This document shows positions 1-11,010 of a stretch of DNA of 52,936 nucleotides, piece by piece. The DNA is from Chiloscyllium plagiosum. Lineage: Eukaryota. The notes under the pieces were generated by a model. The model was not told the origin of the DNA and made no database searches. It saw only the letters and a program-made list of their open reading frames with translations. Numbering within the stretch: the stretch's first letter is position 1; each line of letters opens with the position of its first letter. Made by a program: the position numbers and the translations under genes. Location of the stretch: NCBI RefSeq assembly GCF_004010195.1, contig NC_057759.1:5921019-5973954 (forward strand), in the 5' to 3' direction.

Positions 1-23
1 TCGGCGGCTGCACTGTCGCTCAT
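1..23 (-). CDS. Histone H1, first codons only (MSDSAAA...; gene runs off the left edge)
   Basis: Reverse complement reads ATG AGC GAC AGT GCA GCC GCC GA, an H1-like N-terminus. Upstream are the H1-specific AC box and TG box, and other histone genes lie in the window. Confidence 0.7.
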
Positions 24-99
24 GTTGAGAACTCTGCGCTGAATCTCTTTCTGGGACAGTCTGAACTGGGTCAGCAATGAAGCTGCTGGTGGCGGCACT

Positions 100-532
100 G
101 AGCAACTTCAAGGCAGCGAGCGGACGGCGCAGGGACAACCCGCCGTCAGCTCCCTGTTCCTGCTGCTTTTCTGTGTTTCTCTAACGGCCTAAACTCTCCG
201 ATTCCTCTGAAATTCCGCATCTCCAGAGAGTCAGGCTCGATCGCTCCTCACCCTGACACTGCAAGCTTTACGGCCGAAAATTTTTCACTCGAATAGACGG
301 CTCCATTGTCGAGTTAAACGCATTTTGCTACTGCACTGATGGCGCTCTCTGAGCTGAGCGGTGACATTGTCGCTACTTTTAGACCGAAATCTTGAAACTA
401 ACAAATATATTGCCTTCAAACTTACCTTTGGGGTTTAGAAGGGGAGCAGGACGATAACTTGAATTGTAACCATTTTTGAGTTAAATAAGAGAAACTTGGA
501 AATATCATAATATTAGCGGACACACAAACACA
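100..532 (-). promoter_or_regulatory. Histone H1 promoter: GC box, AC (H1) box AAACACA and upstream TG box TGTGTTT
   Basis: Minus-strand GGCGGG near 139-144, AAACACA at 172-178 and its inverted copy TGTGTTT at 526-532. Confidence 0.7.
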
Positions 533-759
533 GTTACGTTAGACGAACCGTCCGCCCTTTTCCTACAGTCTCTCTGAGACAATAAGTGTGGAAGGATAGA
601 ATTTCTCCTTCTTTCAGTTTTTGCTGCGTTGTCCAGGGAGTTACTTACAGTTATTTTCTCCTCAGTAACTGTTACATTCTCATCAGCTCTACTGTTTCCA
701 TCCTCAAAAACGGCCAGTCAGTTTGTCAAGCTTAGAAGACAGAACAGGATGCACTGGAA

Positions 760-1480
760 CAGGCCCTTCATGTCCATGCTGAGTCTAGCAGATCCTGAAT
801 ACTGTTTTGTCAAATGCTTCGCAATTGAAGCTTTCATTTTGATTTTTTCCCTGCAGGCTGACTGGTCTATAGTTCCCAGTTTTATACCTCCCTTTTCCAT
901 TGGATTGCTTACACTCGCTAGCCTCTAATCTGTGTAAATTATTGCAGAGCCTATAGAATCTTGGAACATGACGACCACTGCATCCACTATTACTCAGCCC
1001 ATTACATTAAATAGTCTGGGACGCAGATGGTCAATGTCTGGTGTTTCACAACCTTCAACCCAATCCATTGTCCCAACATCATTTCCCAAATAATATTGAT
1101 TTGGTTCAGTTTTTCCCTCTCACTAAACTCCCCAATATTACTACTGTATTAGTTGTGTTAATATTTGTGAACAGAAAACAACAGTATGTTTGTGATTTTT
1201 GAGATGTTTTCATTCCCCATTTTGAACCTCCCACTTTAATGTTGTAAGTGACATGTGGTCCTCTTTACCAACCTATTTATGTTCATTTCTCTCTTTACAC
1301 ATGTATTAGTGTTTTAGCAGTTTTTTTTTTAAAATGGCTTCTGCAACATTACTCTTTTCTTCATTTGTTCTTTGTTAGTTAAATCCCTTTTCGCTGTCAT
1401 TTGCTAAATTTTGATCTGTTTGCAGCCTTCCTGTCTCGCTATATTTCTTCCCAAATTGTAGGCCTTTTCTTTGGACCAAA
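760..1480 (-). mobile_element. Degenerate CR1 LINE ORF2 fragment
   Basis: Minus strand gives an NYRPVSL-type motif (853-880) and other decayed CR1 ORF2 sequence. Confidence 0.6.
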
Positions 1481-1979
1481 AATGATCTTGAATAGCCGTT
1501 TCAAGTTTCACAACATCCTTTTCATAGGAGAGAGACCAGAAGTGCACATAATATTCCAAAAGTGACATAACCAATATTCTGTACACCCACAACATGTTCT
1601 CTTAAGTCACATACTCAAAGTTCTAATCAGTAAAGGAAAACTTTCAAATGCCTTCTTTGCTATTCTATCTATCTATAACTGCACTTTCAAGGAACAATGA
1701 ACCTGCATTCCAAGATTTCTTTTTTCAGCAACATTCCACAGGACCTTAATATTAAGTGTGTAGGTCCTGCCCTGATTTTCCTTTCCAAATTGCAGCACAT
1801 CATATTGATTTAACTTGAACTCAGTATGCCACTCCTGGGTCCAGTAGCCCATCTGATCGAGATCCTGTTGTGTTCTGAGGTAGCCTTCTTTGCAATCCAC
1901 TACACCTCCATTTTTTGTGTAATCTGCAAACTTACTCACTACCTTACCTGCAAACTCACATCCAAATCATTCATAATAA

Positions 1980-2172
1980 TGTCGAGGTGCTGGTGTTGGA
2001 TTGGTGTGTGCAAAATTTAAAATGACACAACACCAGGTTATACTCCAACAGGTTTATTTGGAAGTACAAGCATTCAGAGCATAGACAACTGATGGAGGAG
2101 CAGCACTCCAAAAGTTTGTACTTCCAAATAAAACTGTCGGACTATAACCTGGTGTTGTGTCATTTTTAAAAC
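1980..2172. mobile_element. Penelope-like 3'-end palindromic insert (family B) with decayed hammerhead motif
   Basis: Long inverted repeat (acacaacaccaggttata...tataacctggtgttgtgt); CTGATGG-aggagcagcactcc-AAAAG at 2089-2114. Related copies at 19855-20040 and 34187-34270. Confidence 0.65.
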
Positions 2173-2239
2173 TAAAATTATTTATATAAATGATGAAAAG
2201 CAGAGGACCCAGCAGTGATCCTTGTAGCACATCACTTGT

Positions 2240-2421
2240 GCTGAAAAATGTGTTGCTGGAAAAGCGCAGCAGGTCAGGCAGCATCCAAGGAGCTGCTTCA
2301 GAAGGGCTTATGCCCGAAACGTCGATTCTCCTGCTCCTTGGATGCTGCCTGACCTGCTGCACTTTTCCAGCAACACATTTTTCAGCTCTGACCTCCAGCA
2401 TCTGCAGTCCTCACTTTCTCC
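2240..2421 (+). mobile_element. Penelope-like 3'-end insert (family A) with inverted 5' arm and 15-bp TSD
   Basis: 2240-2293 is inverted relative to 2333-2387; gggc-ttat-gccc-GAAAC-GTC hammerhead half; flanks tagcacatcacttgt (2225-2239) and tagcacatcatttgt (2422-2436). Confidence 0.75.
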
Positions 2422-4349
2422 TAGCACATCATTTGTCACAGGCTTCCAGTCTGAAAAGCATCCCTCCACACCACCCTCTGTTTTCTGCTTTCGAACAAGT
2501 TCTGTTTCCAATTGGCGAGTTCTTCCTGTATTCCATATAATGTAATCTTGCTAACGGGGAACACAATCAAACCCCTTACTGAAGACCATGTAAATCACAT
2601 CCACCACTTTGCCCTCATCAGTCCTCTTCCTTGCCAAATCAAAAAAAAACTCAGTTGAGTTAGTGATACATGACTTCCCATGCAGAAAGCCATGTTGACT
2701 ACTCCAATCAATCCTGGCCTTTCAAAAAGATATAAATCCTGCCTCTCAGAATCCCCTCAACTGTTTGACTACTGTTGATGTTACACTGACTGTTCAATAG
2801 TTCCCTGGCTTTTCCTTACCACCTTTCTTAAATATTGGCATTACGAAGGCCAACCTCCAGTCTTTTTGCACTTCACCTGTGACTATCGATGGTACAGGTA
2901 TCTCAGCAAGGGGCCCAACAATTACTTCCCTAGTTTATCACCGTGTTCCAGGGTACACCTGATCAGTTGCTCGTACTTCATCCACCGTTTCTGCTTAGAA
3001 ATATCCAGCAGCACCTCCTCTGTATTATGAGCATTTTTCAAGATGTCACCATTTATTTCCCCACATTCTATATCTTACATTTCCTTCTCCTCAGTAAGCA
3101 CTCGCTTAGTATCTCCCACATTTCCTGTTGTTCCACACATAGGCTGCCTTGCTAATCTTTGCTGTGCCCTAATCTTTCCCTGGTTACCCTTTTGTCCTTT
3201 ATATATTTATAAAATACATTTGAATTCTCATTAATAATATTTGTCAAAGCTATCTTATGTCCATTTTTTGCTCTCCTGATTTCCTTCTTAAGTGTATCCC
3301 TAATGCCTTTATACTCTTTGAAGGATTCACTCAATCTCTGCTGTACATACCTAGCACATGCTTCCTTCTTATTCGGACTAAAACTTCTTTTCTCATCCAG
3401 CATTTCCTCGATCATGCCTTTCACTCTAACAGGAACACACTGTCTCTGGACCCTCCTTTTCTCATTTTTGAAGGCTTCCCATTTTCCGGCCATCCCTTTG
3501 CCTGTAAACATCTGCCCTCAGTCAACTTTTGAAAGTTCTTGCGTAATACTCTCAAAAATTTAACTTTGATATCTGTTATATCCTTTTGCATAACAGTTTT
3601 AAAACTAATTGAATTATGGTCGCTGGCCAAAAAATGGTCCCCAACTGATACATCATTATATCCCAAGAGTAAATCAAGTTTTGCACCTTGCCTAGAAGAT
3701 ATATTCACTACTGAATCAGAATTTTTTTGTACACACTTAAGAAAGTCCTCTCTGTCGAAACCATTAACAATATGGCAGCCCCAATTTGTGTTTGGAATGT
3801 TAAAATCCCTCACCATAACCACACCAGTATTCCTGCAGATCTAAAATCTCCTTACAAATTTGTTTCTCAATTTCCTGATGACTGTTGGGGTGTCTACAGT
3901 CCAATCCCAATAAGGTGATCAAACCCTTTCTTTCTTATTTCTCAGTTCCACCCAAATAATTTCCACGGATGTAATCCCAGGAAAATCCTCCTTAAGTACA
4001 GCTGAAATGTTATCTCTTACCAAACACATCACTCCCCATTTTCTCTTGCTGCCCCCCTCCCCCCATCCGTTGATTCCTGGAACATTAAGCTGCAGCTGTG
4101 TCATCCCCAAACCATGTCTCTGTAATTGCTATGATATCCCAACACCAATCCCATTCTCTTATCCATGTCCTGAGTTCATCCTCCTTCCCTTGTTAGGCCA
4201 GGGAGACAACACACTATTCTGATTTCTTGCTGTCGGCCGGAGAGACGTCTGTCGAAGCTGCTGACAAAGAGATTCGAGTTTTGTTATTTGTAAAAGGAGG
4301 ACCTTCCAGGACGATTAAGGCAGCTGATGGAGGGAAATATCACCTTGAT

Positions 4350-4575
4350 ATAGGACAAGCTCCCGTCCAAGGCACTCACGATCCTGACTTGGAAATAAGA
4401 CCATTTTCTTTCACTGTCACTGGATCAAGACCCTGGAACTCCATGTTCATGGCATTGTGGGCAGCACATGAACAACAGCTGTTCCAGAAGGTGGCTCACC
4501 ACCACCTTCTCAAAGGGATGGAGAATAAATGCTCGGCTCAGCCAGCGACATCCACGTTCCAGGAGTGAATAAACA
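4350..4575 (+). mobile_element. 3' end of an L2/CR1-group LINE
   Basis: Same tail (ggctcaccaccaccttctcaa...aataaatgct) recurs inverted at ~43780-43940 and ~49810-50250. Confidence 0.6.
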
Positions 4576-5169
4576 TAAACAGCTGGGGTCTCTCGTTGTG
4601 GCATACAATATGTCACAATTTTCTATCTGCGGCATACCTAACACTAAAATCTGTCATCCACTACAAACTAAATCGAGTCCCAGAGATGTTATTGCACACC
4701 TGGTCTGACTATTGCACATGCCTCCAGACCCAGAAATAAGCTCTGACACTGTGATTCAAGACTCTCTCCAGCAGGAATTTTCTACCTTCGTAAGAATGTT
4801 CCACTTATTCCATCTCTCTGTATGTTACTTTGGGCAAGGAGTTAATATTTGTGGATGAGGGGTCAGTAAGATTAAATACCACAGTTAACATTCGATCAGA
4901 CGTGATGTTATCGAATAGGGTGTCACAGGGGATGGGCCGAGTGGCCTCCAGCCTCCCCGCCCCCTGATCAGATTGTGAGAGAGCCGGAGGGAGGAGTTAT
5001 TAACATGACCCGGGAATGAGCTGCATTGGAGCTTCATAAAGGGACAATGTCCCAGCTTGAAACGTTCTCTGCCCTTTCCCCCACAGCCCCAGTTCCTTTG
5101 GTCAAACTGGAAGAAAAGGGAATTGGGGAAATGACCAATTGATGTTTGTTTCTGGGAATCATTGGGAAA

Positions 5170-5560
5170 AACGGCGCATGCGCGATGCTGCCCCCCCACT
5201 CTTCCTGAGCAGAGGAGCGCATGCGTGCTGCCCTCCCCCAGCGCTGCCATTGAGGAGCATTTACTCAGTGAGTGCAAGAGGTTTGTTTGAAACAGACCGC
5301 AATGGAGAGATCAGCGCCCAGGGAAGTGAGGGAACAGCAGGCTCCTTCCAGCAGCACATCGGGATGGGAGCCTGGGACACAGAGGGGGCTCCGAGACCGG
5401 GATTGATTCGGGGTGAGTTCAGGGAGAACCGGGGGCTGTTTGTAAGAGGCCGAGCGGAGCAGGAGCTGGTCCCGGAACTTGGAGTGAGCGGGCTGGGGGG
5501 AAGAGAGAGGCCTTTCTCGGGCTGTGTGTGGGCCTGCTGAGGGAGGCAGAGCGGGAGGAA
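5170..5560 (+). promoter_or_regulatory. GC/CpG-rich promoter and candidate first exon of an unidentified spliced transcript
   Basis: NRF1-type GCGCATGCGC at 5174-5183 and GCGCATGCGT near 5217-5226; consensus splice donor GG|GTGAGT at 5413. Confidence 0.55.
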
Positions 5561-6061
5561 GCTGCTGTGGGACATTCTTGTGGTTTGCAATCCAATAAAC
5601 ACTGATGGGAATTCATTGTTTGGCTTCTGTTTCACGCTTTTTGTTGCGAATAGACATTGAAGTAAAGGACAGTAGAAACAAATGTAATAACCCTGTGAAG
5701 GGTAAATATAGCAGGCACCGGGAAACGTCTCAAAGTGTGTGAAATCGTGCCCAGTGTTCGTCTTTCAACAGGTGGTGTATTGGGAGTTGGATTGAAACAG
5801 TGTAATCATTACATTTGTGGAGCTGTGCATATGTTGGTTAGTTTATTTTATCTTAGTAAAATGTTTTTGAATTTCGAAAATAGAAAAAGACTGGAAGGTG
5901 CTCAGGGCTCGAGTGGAACCAGGATCTGCACTGTTTACCTTTAACTTATTCAAAAAGAAAGAATTATAATGATCATGACCTGAATATTGCATTGATCATT
6001 TGATGTCTTCCTACTCAGCTGCTAGTGATGTACAGGAGCTCTCTCTTTTGTCTTTCTCCAG

Positions 6062-6116
6062 GCAAATATTTGATGGATCAATCCAAGGGTGACCAGCTGC
6101 TTCTCACACCCAGCAG
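6062..6116 (+). other. Candidate 55-nt exon of the unidentified transcript
   Basis: Polypyrimidine acceptor ctctcttttgtctttctccAG and donor cag|GTATGT; a diverged paralog at ~34640-34757 keeps the AG. Confidence 0.45.
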
Positions 6117-6751
6117 GTATGTTACCACTGTCAGAGAGGAGAATATCCTTTCCTCTGTCTGAGTGGATTGAGTCAGACACACTTTGAGCTCAATTTCCAG
6201 AAGTACACATTCAATCAGATTTAAACACAGCTGATGATATATAAATCTATATAATTTCACCCTGTTCTCAATGCATCCCACCTCAGTGATGGTAGATTCC
6301 ATTATTCAAAGCCAATTATCAATCATAAGATTAGAAGCAGGTTAGACTGTATGCTTGTAATAAATATACATTTGAGCTGCATTAAATCCATATGTAGAAT
6401 AGGCATTTTTAAAGTAATAATCAATCATGCTGTTACATTGTTATAACAAGTATATATGAAGTGATATTGAGTGCAGATACAGAAGCAAAATTGGACATTG
6501 AGTAACTGAGCAGGAAAAATTTATTCTTTTGATAAATAGTTGTCCTGGATAAAGATAATAATCAAACAATGTAAATTCCAGATGAACCTCTAATCGACAG
6601 AGGATGCTTCTGGAGAGGATGCTTAAAGCTCATTCACACACATGCATACACATCTGTCTCTGTCTGTCAGCCTGGTATTGATGAAAATACACTTTATACA
6701 CACTCCCACACTTTTTAATGTATGAAACACTGATTGATAAGACATTAAAAA

Positions 6752-7040
6752 GGGCGGCATCGTGGCTCAGTGGTTAGTACTGCTGCCTCACAGCACCAGG
6801 ATCCCAGGTTCGATTCCAGCCTCGGTCGACTGTCTGTGTGGAGTTTGCACATTCTCTGTGTCTGCGTGGGTTTCCTCCCACAGTCCAAAGATGTGCAGGT
6901 CAGGTGAATTGGCCGTGCTAGTATTAGGTGCATTAGTCAGAGGGAAATGGACCTGGGTAGGTTACTCTTTGGACAGTCGGTGTCTACTTGTTGGGCCGAA
7001 GGGCCTGTTTCCACACTGTAGGGAATCTAATCTAATCTAA
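6752..7040 (+). mobile_element. HE1-like tRNA-derived V-SINE
   Basis: A box (ggctcagtgg), B box (ggttcgattcc), V-domain tgtgtggagtttgcacattctc, CR1-like tail ending (aatct)n. Confidence 0.9.
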
Positions 7041-7799
7041 ACCTACCTCATAAAGTGGATCAGATCAGGACTGGAAACACAAGGAGACATACAGATAATG
7101 TCAGTGTGATATAGACCAGTACCATTCTTCAAAGTGACACAGATTGGCAGCACAACAGAAAATTCACTCACATTCAGCCAGTTAATGGTTAAAGTGCAAT
7201 TTAAGCCCACAACTACTTCCAGATATGGACAGTCATAAATTGACTGACGAAATTATTAAATGCTTCAGAAGATGTTACCCAGCAGCAACTACCAAAGACT
7301 CCTGCACACACAAAATGTAAAAATAAAACAGATTGAATACAGTAAAATTTTAATTCTTGGCAAAGATAAGTATTGAACCAACATTAATCCCTCAATCACC
7401 AGGTTTAGCGAACATTGAACTGGTTTTTCCTACATCCTGACTGAAAAAACACAACTGAACACAGAAAGAGAATGGTATCCAAATGTTCGACTCGTCACTG
7501 CACACAGAGCAAAACAAGCATTATAGGTATTCAAAGGCTGATAACTGCAGAATTAATTTCAAATTGGCATTTACACCGAGACACTGGCAGTGAGTGGATG
7601 AAGTTCAGAATCCCAAACAGTTATTGGAAACTAGTATGGAGAACAGATAAAGAGTAGAATGTCCCAGCACAGACACAACACACTGAATGGCTGTATTAAT
7701 TCTGTGATTGAGTCATAAATCACAAAATGCATAAGAGTCTAAGGCCCAATCACAACACCCTAAGAACTGCTATCACAGTTTGAATCACAGTCACAGAGA

Positions 7800-8015
7800 T
7801 CTTTTTTTTTCCTAATTCAGTCATGGGCTGGGGGCATCAGTGGCTAGACCAGCATTTATTGCCCATCCCTAACTACCCATGCCGTACTTAGGAGTCAACC
7901 ACATTGATGTGTGTCTGCAGTCACATGTAGGCCAGACAAGGTAAGGAGGGCAGTTTCATTCCTTCAAACACATTAGTGAACCAGATGAATTTTTCTGGCA
8001 ATCAGCAATAGATTC
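7800..8015 (-). mobile_element. DeuSINE (SacSINE1-like) fragment
   Basis: gagtcaaccacattg...gtcacatgtaggccagac..ggtaagga.ggcagtttc..tcc core plus L2-type tail; family named from recognition. Confidence 0.55.
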
Positions 8016-8099
8016 TAGAATATTATTGGTTGCCAGAGAATTGAGCAACTTTGATATAAAAGAGTTGAAAGTGACTGGAACTCATTGGGAACTTCACTC

Positions 8100-8530
8100 C
8101 CATAGTCACACAGCAGAAACTGGCATGTTATAGATCAATTCCTAAATTCACACATGGACACAACTGAAACTGACATACATCGATTGATATCTGCTCTCAC
8201 ATATTCACATTGCAGAAACTGAAAGGGAGAGAACAATAATCATGCACACACACACACACACATATGACAGGTACAGGTTGATAACTAGACTTAACAGATT
8301 TGCATAGCAAATCCTGACAGGTACAGTATGATAAATTAATTTGCATATTTTTAAATAAGAAGCTGATACATACAGGTTAATAACTGCACTCTCAGATGCA
8401 CAGAACAGAATCTGACAGGGACAGGTTGGTAAATAACTCACATGCAGGTGGCAGTAAATTTCAGAGAAAGATTAATAACTACACTCTTATATTCACAAAG
8501 CAGAAACTGACAGGAATAGATTGATTATGC
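8100..8530 (+). repeat. Degenerate ~49-bp minisatellite, block 1
   Basis: Recurring gcagaaactgacaggtacagattgataactacactctcacattcacaca-like units. Confidence 0.8.
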
Positions 8531-8556
8531 TTCCAATTTCAAATCACAAGGTTTTT

Positions 8557-8853
8557 TTTAGATTACATTACATTACTTACCATGTGGTAACAAGTCCACA
8601 CCGACCTGAGGGCACAACCCTCCCAGACCCATTCCCCTACCTTTACCCCTGCCCCTAACACTACGGGCAATTTAGCATTGCCAGTTCACCTAACTTGCAC
8701 ATTTTTGGACTGTGGGAGGAAACCGGAGGCAAACCCACGCAGACATGGGGAGAATGTACAAACTCCACACAGTCAGTCGCCTGAGGCGGGAATTGAACCC
8801 GGGTCTCTGACACTGTGAGGCAGCAGTGCTAACCACAGTGCTACCATGCCACC
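8557..8853 (-). mobile_element. HE1-like V-SINE
   Basis: Reverse complement of the 6752/17773 SINE body. Confidence 0.9.
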
Positions 8854-8928
8854 TACCAAGTTGATGTGTACACTTTGATAACAACACTCGCATATTCACA
8901 GAGAAGAAACTCCCAGCGACAGATTGAT

Positions 8929-9518
8929 AACAAAACAAAAATTGGTGGAAAATTCACAGGTCTGGCAGCATTTCAGGTCTAGGTGACTAGTCCTCAGAAC
9001 TGACAGTGGCAAGGAAAATGCACACAATGTGGTCTTCTCTATGTTGGAGAAACTGAACGCAGAACGGGTGTCCACTGTGCAGAACGCCTAAATTCTATCC
9101 AGACAAAAAGACCCTGAGCTTCCAGTTGCATGTCACTACAACACACCACCCTGTACCCTGGCCAACATCTTGGTCTCAGGCTTGCTGCAGTGCTCTAGTG
9201 AAGCTCAGTGCACGCTTGAAGAACAGCGCCTCATTTTCTGCTTGGGAACTCTACAGCCTTCTGGACTCAGTATTGAGTCTACAAATGTAGGGCTTGAGCT
9301 CTCCCATGTCATTACTCAAAACCCCACACCCCTTGCTGTACACCACCATTTGTGAGCCACTAACAGACCTTATTAATCGGCTATCCACCCTCTTAGTCTG
9401 ACAGTTATCCTACTGTTCTTCTCTTTTTTTTGTACTCTTATCTCCATCTGTCTGTTACTCGACACTCTTCCACCCACCCTATCTTTTGTATAAAAACTAA
9501 TATTTTCCTAGCTACCAC
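8929..9518 (+). mobile_element. 5'-truncated Penelope-like element (GIY-YIG endonuclease C-terminus and 3' UTR) with inverted terminal piece
   Basis: Translates, with frameshifts, as CGLLYVGET...PELPVACHYN...LEEQRLIFCLGTLQPSGLSIE (~9020-9290). Confidence 0.8.
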
Positions 9519-10088
9519 CAGAAAATACAGAAGTTTGAATACACCACCCAACAAACTCAAGAGCAGCTTCTCTGCTGTTATCAGACTTTTGAATGTACTG
9601 CTCAAATTTTAAGGTGAAAGTGGGTACTGCAGATGCTGGAGCTTAAAGTCAAGATTAGAGTGGTGCTGGAAAAGCACAGCAGGTCAAGCAGCATCCGAGG
9701 AGCAGGAAAATTGACGTTTCGGCATTCCTAATGAAAGGCTTTTGCTCGAAATGTCGATTTTCCTGCACATCGGAGCAGGTCAAGCAGCATCCGAGGAGCA
9801 GGAAAATTGACGTTTCGGGCATTCCTAATGAAAGGCTTTTGCTCGAAATGTCGATTTTCCTGCACATCGGATGGTGCCTGACCTGCTGTGCTTTTCCAGC
9901 ACCACTCTAATCTCACTCAAATTTTAACATTAATCTCTCTCTCTTTGCAGCTTTAATACTGTATTACAGATTCTGTTCTATTACCCTGATGCATTTTATC
10001 TGATATTATTTGCCTGTAAAGCACACAAAACAATACTTTTCATTGTATCACAGTGCGTGTGAGAATAATAAATCAGATCAAATCAAAT
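9519..10088 (+). mobile_element. Rex1/Babar-like LINE 3' end, split by the 9613-9915 insert
   Basis: RKYRSLNT..NKLKSSFSAVIRLLN C-terminus and tail aataataaatcagatcaaatcaaa. Confidence 0.65.
9613..9915. mobile_element. Penelope-like palindromic insert (family A) with internal ~97-bp duplication and 12-bp TSD
   Basis: TSD ctcaaattttaa at 9601-9612 and 9916-9927; inverted arms; two decayed hammerhead cores (ctaatga...gaaatgtc). Confidence 0.75.
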
Positions 10089-11010
10089 GGATAACTACAT
10101 TTACATATTCATATAGCAGAATCTGAGAGGTACTAGTTGATAACTACAGTCACACAAACTGACAGGAAAAGATGAGTAAATACACTCAAATCACTGATAT
10201 TACAGAACCTGACAGGGAAAGATTGAGAACTAAACTCTCACATTCACAAAGCAGAAACTGATTTGGAGCAGGTGAAAACTCAGCTCACACATTCATATAG
10301 CAGAAACTGGAAGGATTTGCAATTACACAAACATATTCACCAAACAGAAACTGACAGCTACAGATTGACAACTATATTTATGTATTCACACAGCAGAGTC
10401 TGAAAGATACAGATTGACAGTTACACTCACTTTAACAAAGAAGAAAATGACAGATAGAGAATGATAACTGTATTCCCACATTCTCATCACGGAAACCGAC
10501 AGCTACAGTTTGATTAATACACCCACATTCACAGAGCAGAAGCTGATGAGTACTGATCAATAAATGTATTCACATATCGACAAGGAAGAAACTGACAGGG
10601 ACAGATTGGTATCTACACTGTCATATTGACATAGTAGAAACAGATTTACAATGACACTCTGGGGTCAAATAGCAAAACCTGACAGATACTGTTTGATAAT
10701 TGCTCTCTCATATTGATATAGCTTAAACTTACAGGTAGTGATCAATATCTACGTTCTCACAGAATAAACTGATGGGTACAAATTGATGACTGCATTTAAT
10801 ATTCATAAAGCAGAAACTGACAGGTAGAGACTAATATCGAAACTTGATTCTCATAACTGAAACTGACAGGTTCAGGTTGATAACTACACTCTCAGACACA
10901 TAGCAGAAACTGTTAGGGACAGATTGGTAAAGCAAACACACACATTCGCAGGGCAGAAACTGACAGGTATATATATTGATAACTAAACTTGCATATCCAT
11001 ATCAGAGAAA
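10089..11010 (+). repeat. Degenerate ~49-bp minisatellite, main block (roughly 19 units)
   Basis: Periodic cagaaactgacagg...attgataactacact...attcac. Confidence 0.85.

Larger units (their letters stand above)
1490..4170 (-). mobile_element. Degenerate CR1 LINE ORF2 (APE endonuclease to RT), interrupted by two Penelope-derived inserts
   Basis: ORF fragments KFADYTK, VLQGSLLGPLLFIIYIN, DFNIPNTNW, LDLLLG..SDHNSI, LLEYYVHFWS. Confidence 0.9.

Noticed and set aside
10089..11010. Regularly spaced repeats resembling a CRISPR array or a zinc-finger array
   Set aside because: The whole unit is homologous and degenerate with no unique spacers or cas genes, the context is vertebrate, and the ~49-nt period does not fit 84-nt C2H2 repeats.
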